This document shows positions 1 to 8,884 of a DNA stretch of 14,680 nucleotides, piece after piece (the first letter of the stretch is position 1; each line of letters starts with the position of its first letter). Location of the stretch: assembly GCA_031409655.1 (NCBI GenBank), contig JANNXQ010000044.1:1-14680 (forward strand). The letters run 5' to 3'. The translations under genes and the position numbers were made by a program. Below the pieces are notes generated by a model. The model was not told where the DNA came from and ran no database searches. It saw nothing but the letters and a program-made list of their open reading frames with translations. The DNA is from Chthoniobacteraceae bacterium. GTDB lineage: Bacteria > Verrucomicrobiota > Verrucomicrobiia > Chthoniobacterales > Chthoniobacteraceae.

Positions 1-104
1 AGCCCGCTGCGTTCAAACTCATCGAGCACCGCCTCGCGCTGCTCCCGCGGCGTCCACACCCGCCCGGCCGCGTCCACTTTCAAAATTCGTTCGGTCTGAC
101 TCAT
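1..104 (-). CDS. tnpA: IS66 accessory protein TnpA (ORF A), N-terminal part, runs off window
   Basis: Manual translation from ATG at 104: MSQTERILKVDAAGRVWTPREQREAVLDEFERSG..., resembling the 'D..GR....E.RE.LLD.FE.SG' start of IS66 TnpA HTH proteins; not in ORF track. Confidence 0.75.
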   Translation of the reverse strand, partial: MSQTERILKVDAAGRVWTPREQREAVLDEFERSG

Positions 105-135
105 AGATTGCGGAGCGTAACGCCTCCGCAATCTA
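104..135. promoter_or_regulatory. 12-bp perfect inverted repeat overlapping the tnpA start codon
   Basis: tagattgcggag (104-115) / ctccgcaatcta (124-135); one arm includes the A of the minus-strand ATG. Confidence 0.6.
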
Positions 136-185
136 CGACCACCGGACTTCAACGGTCCGCCGCGTGACGCTTACATCCTTCCTGC

Positions 186-590
186 TCACGGGCTGGTGAA
201 CTGCACTTCGCCGAGGGAGAGGATGCCGTCGTCTCCCGCCGCGGGGGTGGACGGCCCGCGGGATACGCGGATGACGCGGCCAGTCACGTTGCCGGGGCTG
301 ACGCTGAGCGTGGCGGGGCTGTTGAGCACGTTGTTGGGATTGAGCACTGCGGAGGTGAAGACGGGCACGGTGCCGGCCGCATCGCTGAAGACCCGCACGG
401 TGATGTTGCGCAAGCGTTCAGCGCAGCAGTCGGTGCGATTGGAGAGGAGGATGGAGCCGATCGGCGTTGGGTTTGGCAGCGTGAGCGTCCACGTCGGAGC
501 GGGGTCGGTGTTGGCGGTGGCGGTGAAACTGTTGAGATTGCCGTCGATGGCATTGGAGGCGGGGAAGTCGCCGACTGCAGCGAGTCCGCC
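186..590 (-). pseudogene. Orphan F-type lectin (fucolectin / F5-8 type C fold) domain fragment without a start codon
   Basis: Frame of ORF 186..413 stays open to TGA at 591-593: ...FPASNAIDGNLNSFTATANTDPAPTWTLTL...ILLSNRTDCCAERLRNITV...GRVIRV...LSLGEVQF. It has AIDGN, R-x-D-CC-xx-R and LSL.EV hallmarks. No ATG/GTG/TTG upstream of the domain core. Confidence 0.75.
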
Positions 591-617
591 TCAGGCGTAC
601 CGCCACACTCGCTCTCC
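577..617 (+). repeat. REP-like palindrome (family A)
   Basis: gcagcgagt...cgccacactcgctctcc; arms agcgagt/actcgct; similar to copies at 8116-8145 (inverted), 8339-8372 and 9662-9692. Confidence 0.6.
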
Positions 618-3125
618 GCCGGCCTACGGGTTCGGATTCGTCACGTTCAGCCGCATGAAGAGCTTCTTCGCGGTGCCGATGGCGATGCTGAAGGTGTGCG
701 TGCTGCCGGAGCCGGTATCGGGGATCGCGGTCCAGCTTCCGGCTTGCAGGGTGGTGCTCCATTCGGCGCCGTAGGTGATGCCGCTCACGCCGGCGGGCTG
801 GGTGAAGGTGGCCACGAAGTTACTCCCGATCTTCTGCGGTCGTGGGAGCAGCCCGGCGCTGTTTTGCGTCGGATTCAGGCCAAAGCCGAACTCGGCGAGA
901 TTCAGGATGCCGTCCTTGTCGAAGTCAAAGGCATCCGCGCCGTTGCCGCTGTTGGCGGGGGAGCCGAAGTAGGTCTGCCGCCAGTTTTCCAGGGCAGTCA
1001 GGGCGGTGATCACCACGTCGTTCCCCGTGCCGCCCGTGTAGGTGATCTTCATCGGCACGCCGTTGAAGGTGAAGGTCGAGCCTTCGGCGCGGCCGTTGAA
1101 GGCGCCGGTGATCGCGTCGGTGCCGTCGTTGTTCACGAGGATGAAGCTGTTGCCCGCCACCGGCACGTAGGAGCCGCTCAGGACGAGGTTCGGGGGGCCG
1201 GTCAGGTTCACCAGGCCAGCCACGTTGAGCTGGTGGTACCCCGAATCCACGGTCGTGCCGGCGATGGCGAGCGCAAGGTTTGTGCCGCCGCCGAAGCCCA
1301 GGACGCCCGTGGCGGAGGTCGTCGCCTCGGTGCCGCTGGTGATCGGCTGGACGCTGCCGTAGGTGAAGAACACGAGATAGCCGCCGCCGGTGTTCAGCGT
1401 GCCGGGATTCAAGACGATGTTATCGGCGCTTTGCAGCGCCACGTTGGTGCTGGACGGGCGCGTGATCGCCGCGCTCACGGTGATCGCGCCGCTGCTGCTA
1501 TCGCCGATTTGCACCGTGCCGGCGGTGACTTGATCGAGTTCCGCATCGGTGAGTCCCAAGGTCAACGGGCTGCCAGTGAACACATCGGCAGCCCCAAGGT
1601 TGATCAACGTGCCAGTGGTCTTCTGCCGTAGTGTCGCAGAACCCGTGGTCCGGATGACCGCATTGGCGATATCCATCGAATCCGCGTTGATGATGATGTT
1701 GCCTGAGTAAGTGTTCACGCCATCGAAGCCAACACGGTTTGTGCTCGTGACGGTTTTGAAAGCCGGGACGAGCGGGGTGCCGCTCGGGCCGGCCGTGGCG
1801 TTGATGGTGATCGGGCCAGAGCCGGAGCTCGTCACCGAACTGGTGCTATCGAGGGAGACACCATAGTTGAGCACGCCCAGCGGCGCGGTGCCAGCCGTGC
1901 CGTTGAGGGTGATGGAGCCAGCCCCCGTGTTGCGCACGATGCCGCCGAGCAACACACGAACACCCATGCCCCGAGGCAAAGCGCCCGAACCGCCCGCCCC
2001 GGTGATGGTGATCGCGCCGCCGCCCGTGGTTTCGACGATGGCACCGACATGGACCTGCACCCCGTTGTTCTGATCAAAGGTGTTATCGCCCCCATTGCCG
2101 ATCAGGGTGAGCGCTCCGGTGTTGGTGCTCACGGTGGTGTTTAAGATGCTGATGCCGGGCACTGAAGCGCCGCCCACCGCACCCCGGCCCTTAATGGTGA
2201 CGTTGCCGGTGCCCGTCGCCTTGATGAAGTTGGAGGACGCGTTCAGCGGCTCCGTCGAAAACCCGTAAAAAGTCCCCGCCGACTGCACGGCCTGCTGATT
2301 GGCCTCGATCGTGATGTCGCCATTGACGGTTTGCAGCGTGGCGCTGCCAGCGAGTCCGGATGGATTCATATCCACATTCTTGCTCGCCTTGATGGTGATT
2401 GAGCCAGTGCCGGAGGCGATCAAGTGAGTGTTCAAGCCGATGACCACCGTGTCCGCACCCGGCGCGGCGTCGTCATTCTGCAAGTCCACATCCAGGCTCG
2501 CATTCGCGGCGAAGGTGATGTCGCCGTTGAAGTTCACCGCGTCGTCTCCCGTGCCGCCGTTGATGGTGAGAGGGGGCAGCGTGCCGGTGAAGGCGCCGAC
2601 ATTGATGATGTCCGCGCCCGCCCCGGCGTTGACCACGATGCTGGTGATGCCGGTGCGGGAAAGGCTTCCAGAGTCGCCGGGGATGCTGGGCCCGCCATTC
2701 ACCGAGAAGTTGCGCCCCGGCGCCGCGAAGAGGATGTTGCCCGCCGATGGCTCGGAGATGGCCAGCGTGTCGCTGCCACCGGTGAGATCCGTCACGGTCA
2801 TGATTCCGCCGCCAGTGGAGACAGAATAGTCCGGCGGCGCGGGAATCGAGTAGGTCAGCGTGATGCTGCCAGTCGCTCCGCCATAGCCGTCCACGGCGAT
2901 GCGATACACGGTGCCGGCAACTGCGGCGAACGTGACCCTGCTTGTGCCCGAGCCGCCGGAGTCATCGTCACTGACGATGAGAGTCAGGCTGCCCACTGCG
3001 GAGCCGGTGTAGATTGACAGCAGCGTGTCGAAGTTACTGCCGATCGTGTCGATGGTCGCCGTGCCCGTGAAGGGTGACGTTCACTGATACCAGACGGACA
3101 CGCCACCGGTAAAGGGTTCCCCCGC

Positions 3126-3596
3126 TTCCTGGGTCGCACCGGCATTCCCCCCCGTCACCGTGCCGGAACTGCCGGGAAGAATCTGCGCATTGGCGAAGTT
3201 GTCGTTCGGAACGACCAACGAGTAGTTCAGAGTGATGCTGCCCGTGGATGGACCACTACCACGATTAAAGCCGTCCACGGCGATTCGATAGACGGTGCCG
3301 GAAGTCGCATTGAACGTAACCTTGCTGGTATTTGAGCCGCCGGAGTCGTCGTCCTTTACGACCTCGGTCAGGCTGCCCACCGCAGTGCCCGTGTACACTC
3401 CGAGGATCGTGTCGAAGTTACTGCCGATCGTGTCAATTGTGGCCGTGCCTGTGAAGGGCGCCGTCCACTGATACCAGACGGAGGCGCCACCAGGGTTGCC
3501 ATTTGGCTCATGGCTGGGTTCCCCGGATTCCTGGGTCGCACCGGCATTCCCCCCCGTCACCGTGCCGGAACTGCCGGGAAGAATCTGCGCATTGGC
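3126..3596. repeat. Internal duplication of PPC-like domain with identical DNA blocks
   Basis: 3126-3194 is identical to 3528-3596 (69 bp); 3024-3050 is identical to 3408-3434 (27 bp). Confidence 0.9.
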
Positions 3597-4980
3597 AAAG
3601 TTGTTGTTCGGCGGAGCAGTGTCGCCGGTGCCCGTCACGGTGAAGTTGAAGGGATTCTCGTTGGTGTCGTTGTTCGTGATGCTCACGCTGGCGCTGCGGG
3701 CTCCGGCTGCCCCGGGGGTGAAGGTGATGGCGAAGGTGGTCTGCCCGCCAGCGGGGACGACCAGCAAAGTGCCGGTGGTGTCCACGACGAAATCACTGGC
3801 CTCGGTGCCGGAGACGACGGGAGCCGCGAGAGTCAGCGGGGCGGTGCCGGTGTTTTTGACGGTGAAAATCTTCGCCGCACTGGGGCTGCCGACGGGGCCG
3901 GGACCGAAGGAGATGATCGTGGCCGTGCTGTCGATGAGATTGGTCCCCGCGGGCTGCTCGATGGCGATTTCCGGCGCGATGACGGTGAAGTTTTGCGTCA
4001 CCTCGGTCACGTTATTCAGCGCGTCGTAGATGCGGCCCGTCAAAGTGTGCAGGCCGGGGGTGGCGGGGCCGGTGAAGGTCCGCGAGGTGGAGGTGCTTCG
4101 CGTGGCTCTGATGACGGAGTCCACCAGCACCTCGTAGCTCAGCGGCGTGCCCGGGTCGGTCCATCCGGCGAAGAGCACATTCAGTGACGTGCTCGGAGCA
4201 AAGGGCGAGGCGGGCGTTAGCACCACCGTGCCACCCGTGGGAGGGATGAGATCGGTGTTGTTGCCGTAGAGGGCGATGTCGAAGGAACTCTCGTTAAAGT
4301 CGTTGTTGGCGATGCGCAGCGAGGTGGTGCGGGTGCCGGTGGCGGTGGGGGTGAAGGTCACGGCAAAGGTGGTCTGCCCGGTGGTGGCCGGGAGGATGCG
4401 CGCGGTGCCGGCGAGATCCACGACGAAGTCGCCCGGGTTGCCGCCGCTGAAGGTGAACGCATCGAGCGCGAGGGGGGCGGTGCCGGTGTTTTTGACGGTG
4501 AAAACTTTCGCCGCGCTGCTGCCGCCGACGGCGGTGGTCTCGAAGATGATGGAGCCGGCGCCGTCGATGAGATCCGTCCCGGCGGGTTGCTCGACGGCGA
4601 TCTCCGGGCTCAGGGCAGTGCTGCCAGTGCTGCCGACGGGGAAAAAGTTGAAGGGATTCTCGTCGGCGTCGTTGTTCGCGAAGCTCAAGGTGGCGCTGCG
4701 GGAGCCATCCGCCGTGGGGGTGAAGGTGACGCTGAAGGTGGTCTGCCCGCCACCGGGGATGAAGAGCAGCGTGCCCGTGGTGTTCACGGCGAAATCATTC
4801 GGGCGCGTGCCGGTGAGGACGGGGGGATCGAGGGTGAGCGGGCCGCTGCCGGTGTTTTTGAGGGTGAAAGTGAGGCTCGTGCTCGAGCCGAGCGGCACCA
4901 CTCCGAAATCCTTGGACGTTCCATCGGCAAGGTCGGTGCCGGCCGGTTGCTCGACGGCGATCTCCGCCGCATTGATCGCG

Positions 4981-7118
4981 CCGGCCCAGCGCAGGTCGCC
5001 ATGGGTGAAGTCCCAGTAGCCGATGGCCGGGGTGCCATTGGCCAGCACGGCGAGCGAGGAGTATCGGCCCACCGTGTTCGCGGTCTCGACCGTGAGCGGG
5101 GTGGCCCAGGCGGTGCCGTCGGCATTCGTCGCACGCACGTATTTCAGGTCGCCGGCAGTGAAATCGTAATAGCTGATGGCCGGGACGCCGTTCACCACCT
5201 TGAGCGAGTTGGTTTGGCCCACGTCGTTGGTGCCGCCCGTGTCCACGGGGAGGATGGTCCAGGTGCCCGAGCCATCCGCCGCGCTGTTGCGGGCGTATTT
5301 CAGATCGCCGGCGGTCGCGTCGTAGTAACTGATGGCGGGGTTGCCGTTGACGATGGCCAGGGAGGTGTATTGACCCACGTCGTTGGTGCCACCCGTGTCC
5401 ACGGTGACGATCGTCCAGGTGCCCGAGCCGTCCGCCGCGCTGTTGCGGGCAAATTTCAAGGCGCCGTTGGTGCTGTCGTAATAGCTGATGGCCGGGTTGC
5501 CACTCCCGCTCAAGGCCGCAAGCGACGTGTATAGGCCCACCACGTCGGTGGCAACGGCACCCGTGTCCAGAGTGGCGATGGCCCACGTTCCCGAGCCATC
5601 GGCGGCGGCGTTGCGGGCAAATTTCAGCGAGGTATTGCCCACATCGTAGTAGGTGATGGCGGGATTGCCGCTGACGACGGCCAGCGAGGTGTATTGGCCC
5701 ACGTTTCCGGTCGTGTCCGGCGTCGAGAGCGTCCAGGTGCCGCTCCCGTCCGCGGCGCTGTTGCGCGCGAATTTCAAATCGCCACTGCTGCTGTTGTTGT
5801 AGCTGATGGCCGGGAGGCCGTTGCCCAGCACGGCGAGAGAGGTGTAGAGGCCCACAGTGTTTGCGGTGGCCGGGGCGATGCCAGTGCCGTCCACGCCGGT
5901 GATGGCCCAAGTGCCGGAGCCATCCGCAGCGCTGTTGCGGGCAAATTTCAAATCGTCGGTGGCGGTGTCATAGTAGCTCATGGCGGGATTGCCGCCGATG
6001 ACGGCCTGCGAGGCATACTCGCCCGCCACGCCAGGGGGGCCGGCTTCGATGCTGGTGCTGCTCCACGTGCCGGAGCCGTCCGCCGCGCTGTTGCGGCCAA
6101 ATTTCAGATCACCGTTGGTCGCATCGTGGTGGCTGATGGCCGGGTTCCCGCCAATGATCTCGAGCGAGGTGTATGAGCCCACGTCGCCGGCACTCTCGAC
6201 CGTGACGATGGTCCAGGTGCCGCTGCCGTTTGCCGCGCTGTTGCGGGCGATTTTCAAATCGTGGGTGGTCGTATCATAATAGCTGATGGCGGGTCCGCCA
6301 TTGAGGCTGATGAGCGAGGTGTATTGGCCCACGGTGTTACTGCTGGCCGGCGGGGTGCCGTTGCCGTCCACGCTCAGGATGGTCCAGGCGCCCGTGCCCG
6401 TGCTATTGGGAGCCCACGCATACTTCAGCTCGCCGACGCTAGAGTCGTAGTAGCTGATGGCGGGATTCCCGCCGATGACGGCCAGGGAGGTATAAGAGCC
6501 CACGAAGTTCGCGCTGTTGTCCACCGTGACGATGGTCCAGGCCCCCGAGCCGTCCGCCGCGCTGTTGCGGGCGAATTTCAGATCGCCGGCGGTCGCGTCG
6601 TGGTAGCTGATGGCCGGGGTGCCGTTGACGATGGCCAGGGAGGTATGGGCGCCCACGAAGTTCGCGCTGTTGTCCACGGTGACGATGGTCCAGGCGCCCG
6701 AGCCGTCGGCCGCGCTGTTGCGCGCGAATTTCAAGTCGCCGTTGGTGCTGTCGGAGTAGCTGATGGCCGGGGTGCCATCGGCGAGCACGGCGAGCGAGGT
6801 GTATCGACCCACGCCACCGGTATTGTCCACCGTGGTGAGGAGCCACGTTCCCGAACCGTCCGCCGCGCTGTTGATCGCGAATTTCAGGTCGGAGTTGCTG
6901 TTGTTGTAATAGCTGATGGCGGGCTTGCCGCCGACAACGGCCAGCGAGGTGTATTCGCCCACGAAGCTGCCGACGCCCGTGTCCACGGTGGTGACGATCC
7001 AGGTGCCGGAGCCATCCGCCGCGCTGTTGCGGGCAAATTTCAAATCGCCCGCCGCGGCATCGTAGCAACTGATGGCGGGCTTGCCTGCAACGACCGCCAT
7101 CGAGGTGTACTGGCCGGC
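4981..7118 (-). repeat. 14 tandem ~50-aa coding repeats, probable two 7-bladed beta-propellers
   Basis: Consensus VGxYTSLAVxxGxPAISYYDxTxGDLKFARNSAADGSGTWTIxTVD counted 14 times; repeats 1 and 8 both begin AG instead of VG. Confidence 0.85.
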
Positions 7119-7479
7119 AGCGCTGTTCCCCGCATCCACGATGGCAGGGTTAAACACGGCTTGGGCGTGGGCAGCGGACGTGACCCATGCACCGACGAGC
7201 AGGGCAAGCACAGCCAGCAGCAGCGGCCAGCGGCGGAGGCGGAAGCCGGCGAGGAGGGCTTTCAGCCCAGGGATCGGAAGCGAAGGATGCGGGGTTTTTA
7301 TGGTGGAGTCAGATGGGGCAGGAGGAGACAAGGAGACAACGAGACGGGGAGGAAAACGACCGCGAGTGTGTGCAGGGAGGTAATAGGGTGTGCTCCTGGG
7401 TGGGGTGGATTTGTGCTCACCCGTTCCTATCGAAATTTTTCTTCGTTCGTTTCATCGCGCCGCGAAGATTTTTGACCTC

Positions 7480-7648
7480 CTGGTTCCCAAAGTGGGGCTT
7501 TGGGAACCCACTTGCGGGCGCAACTTGGTTGCGGCGGTTTGCGGCAGATGCGCGCTGCTGACGATGGAGCGCCGCACTTCCAGCCGCCCGCCGCGCAACG
7601 CAGTTGCCCAAGGCAAGTGCGTGCCCAAAGCCCCACTTTGGGCACGAG
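7480..7648. repeat. REPIN/MITE-like element with ~58-bp imperfect inverted arms
   Basis: Left ctggttcccaaagtggggctttgggaacccacttgc...gcaacttggttgcg; right (minus strand) ctcgtgcccaaagtggggctttgggcacgcacttgc...gcaactgcgttgcg; each arm is internally palindromic. Confidence 0.85.
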
Positions 7649-7848
7649 AAGAACGGCACCCCATCGACCCGGAGCCGGCCCTCGTAATACACGACATCCG
7701 CCGCCGCCGAGGCGGCGAGGAGGAAATGGACGGCGAGAATATGCAAAGGAGCAGGGCCGCCCTCGCACCGAGTTGCTCCACGGGGCGGGGGCGCCCCTGC
7801 TCCTTGAGCGGGAGCCACTGCGCGGGCGTGGCGGGAGGGGAGTTTCAT
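7649..7848 (-). pseudogene. Probable 5' remnant of a secreted protein gene, cut off at the REPIN
   Basis: ...LHILAVHFLLAASAAA|DVVYYEGRLRVDGVPFF: signal-peptide-like stretch followed by a 'Y(Q/E)GR...G.PF' start that I recall from verrucomicrobial secreted proteins; the frame then enters the repeat at 7648. Confidence 0.5.
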
Positions 7849-8115
7849 GGCGCTGGCAAAGTCCGCGGAACATCGGCGCCGGCGCAGACCCGGGCTTGGG
7901 AAAAGTCTGCGACGGTGAAATCCCGGTTATCACCGCGGTGGTGACTCAGCAGAAGCGGCGCACTGGGCTCAAGAGAGAGGTCCACCGCGCCGACTCCGGC
8001 AAATTGCCAAAGTGATGTCTCAGGAATAACGAGAGACTTTTATGAGGCTTCGACGCGCGCGGGGCGATCGAATTGGTGGGAGAAAGCTATTTTCAGCCTT
8101 TGTCCTACACGGCGT

Positions 8116-8372
8116 GGAGCGAGTGTGCCGGCAGGCCGCTCGCTGAGGCGGCAAGGAGCGGCGATTTGCAATCGCCGAACGAAACGCGCTGCGCCGGAGG
8201 CGCACACATCGTGGCAAGGCGGCTGGCCGGGCTGATCGAACCTTGCAGCACGCAACCGCCTGCCACCTTGCCACCGAGTTTGTGCGCCTCTGGCTCAGGG
8301 TTTTGGTTCGGCGATTGCAAATCGCCGCTCCTTCGGCTGGCAGCGAGTGGGCTGTCGCCACACTCGCCCTCC
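8116..8372. repeat. Nested composite palindrome (REP/BIME-like)
   Basis: Perfect 28-bp IR aaggagcggcgatttgcaatcgccgaac (8153-8180) / 8306-8333; inner gtggcaagg (8211-8219) / ccttgccac (8266-8274); outer inverted family-A REPs at 8116-8145 and 8339-8372. Confidence 0.85.
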
Positions 8373-8550
8373 GGCGCAGAACCGCCTGTCGGCATGGCTC
8401 GCTCTGCTTCCCGCCGCCCGGGCGGGCGGGAGCTGGAAGGCTTTCACCCTTGCAAACGCAGGTTTGCTCGATTCCATGCTGCCTTCGTGCCCATGTCGGC
8501 GACTCCCGAAACCGGTCTCCAGGGCCTTGGGCGCCGCCCGCGCAGGGGGA

Positions 8551-8866
8551 AGCGACAGGGAGTGCGGCTGGAGCGGCGGACGCTGGCGGACGGTCGGTGC
8601 TCGCTGGGGCGGGAGCGGCGGTCTCGCCGGTCCAAGCGGCGGAGGCTGCGGGTGAAGCGGAGCGGGCGCGGGGGCGAGCGATGGGGGCGTGCGGTGAAGC
8701 GATGCTCGCTGAGGGGAAATCGGCGGACGCTTTGGTACGAGTCGGAGCGGACTGCGGATGGTTCGGCGGACGCTGACGGGAAATCGGCGGACGCTGAGCG
8801 CCGAGCGGTGGACGCTGCGGAGCGAGCGGCGGGGACTGTGGCACAAGCGGTGCTCACTTTGGAGGG
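8551..8866 (+). repeat. Array of 15 degenerate 21-bp tandem repeats
   Basis: Units start at 8551, 8572, 8593, 8614, 8635, 8656, 8677, 8698, 8719 (22 bp), 8741, 8762, 8783, 8804, 8825 and 8846; consensus AGCGGCGGACGCT followed by ~8 variable nt. Confidence 0.85.
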
Positions 8867-8884
8867 CATCCACATCTCCTGACC

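Larger units (their letters stand above)
1..174 (-). mobile_element. Left end of an IS66-family insertion sequence (continues beyond window start)
   Basis: Minus strand from 174 reads GTAAGCGTCACG..., matching the GTAAGCG start typical of IS66 terminal inverted repeats; 70 nt inside begins a TnpA-like ORF. The other end is outside the window. Confidence 0.8.
624..7301 (-). pseudogene. Giant secreted adhesin-like multidomain protein (~2,225 codons) interrupted by one in-frame TGA (3081-3083)
   Basis: ORFs 3081..7331 and 624..2996 share a frame, and the protein continues across the stop (SVWYQ*TSPFTGTATIDT vs SVWYQWTAPFTGTATIDT in the preceding duplicate). Order: signal peptide (..AAHA|Q), 14 blade repeats, three EIA.EQPAGT Ig-like domains plus one other Ig-like domain, two PPC-like domains, a G/T/N-rich beta-helix-like region, and a C-terminal 'LENWRQTYFG..D.DKDG..NLAEF.FGLNP...FMRL' domain. 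Start is uncertain (ATA 7301 or TTG 7331). Confidence 0.85.

Noticed and set aside
577..626. Read-through fusion of the adhesin to the in-frame lectin domain
   Set aside because: The frame is shared, but two stops (TAG 624-626, TGA 591-593) would need to be bypassed and the linker is REP sequence; a 1-in-3 coincidence is sufficient.
3081..3083. Genome-wide UGA=Trp recoding (code 4) or selenocysteine
   Set aside because: ffh (10184-10186) and trmL (12486-12488) end in TGA at expected positions, other Trp codons are TGG, and the aligned residue is Trp rather than Cys.
3147..3555. C7 tracts (3147-3153, 3549-3555) as phase-variation sites
   Set aside because: Short, in frame (Thr-Gly-Gly codons) and duplicated along with the domain; unremarkable at this GC content.
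3024..3596. Diversity-generating retroelement TR/VR pair
   Set aside because: Both copies are in-frame coding domains, differences include an 18-nt indel and are not adenine-specific, and no reverse transcriptase is present.
196..7475. Long + strand and alternate-frame ORFs overlapping the adhesin (and similar ones over ffh, the ABC ATPase and the cyclase)
   Set aside because: Shadow ORFs expected in high-GC coding DNA; no recognisable motifs.
8551..8866. CRISPR or TIGR array
   Set aside because: Units are only 21 bp with degenerate cores; no cas or Nop-domain gene is recognisable in the window.
8020..8882. Arg/Pro/Ala-rich ORFs spanning the palindromes and the 21-bp array
   Set aside because: Multiple frames are open only because the repeats are GC-rich and stop-poor; none keeps the heptad register throughout.
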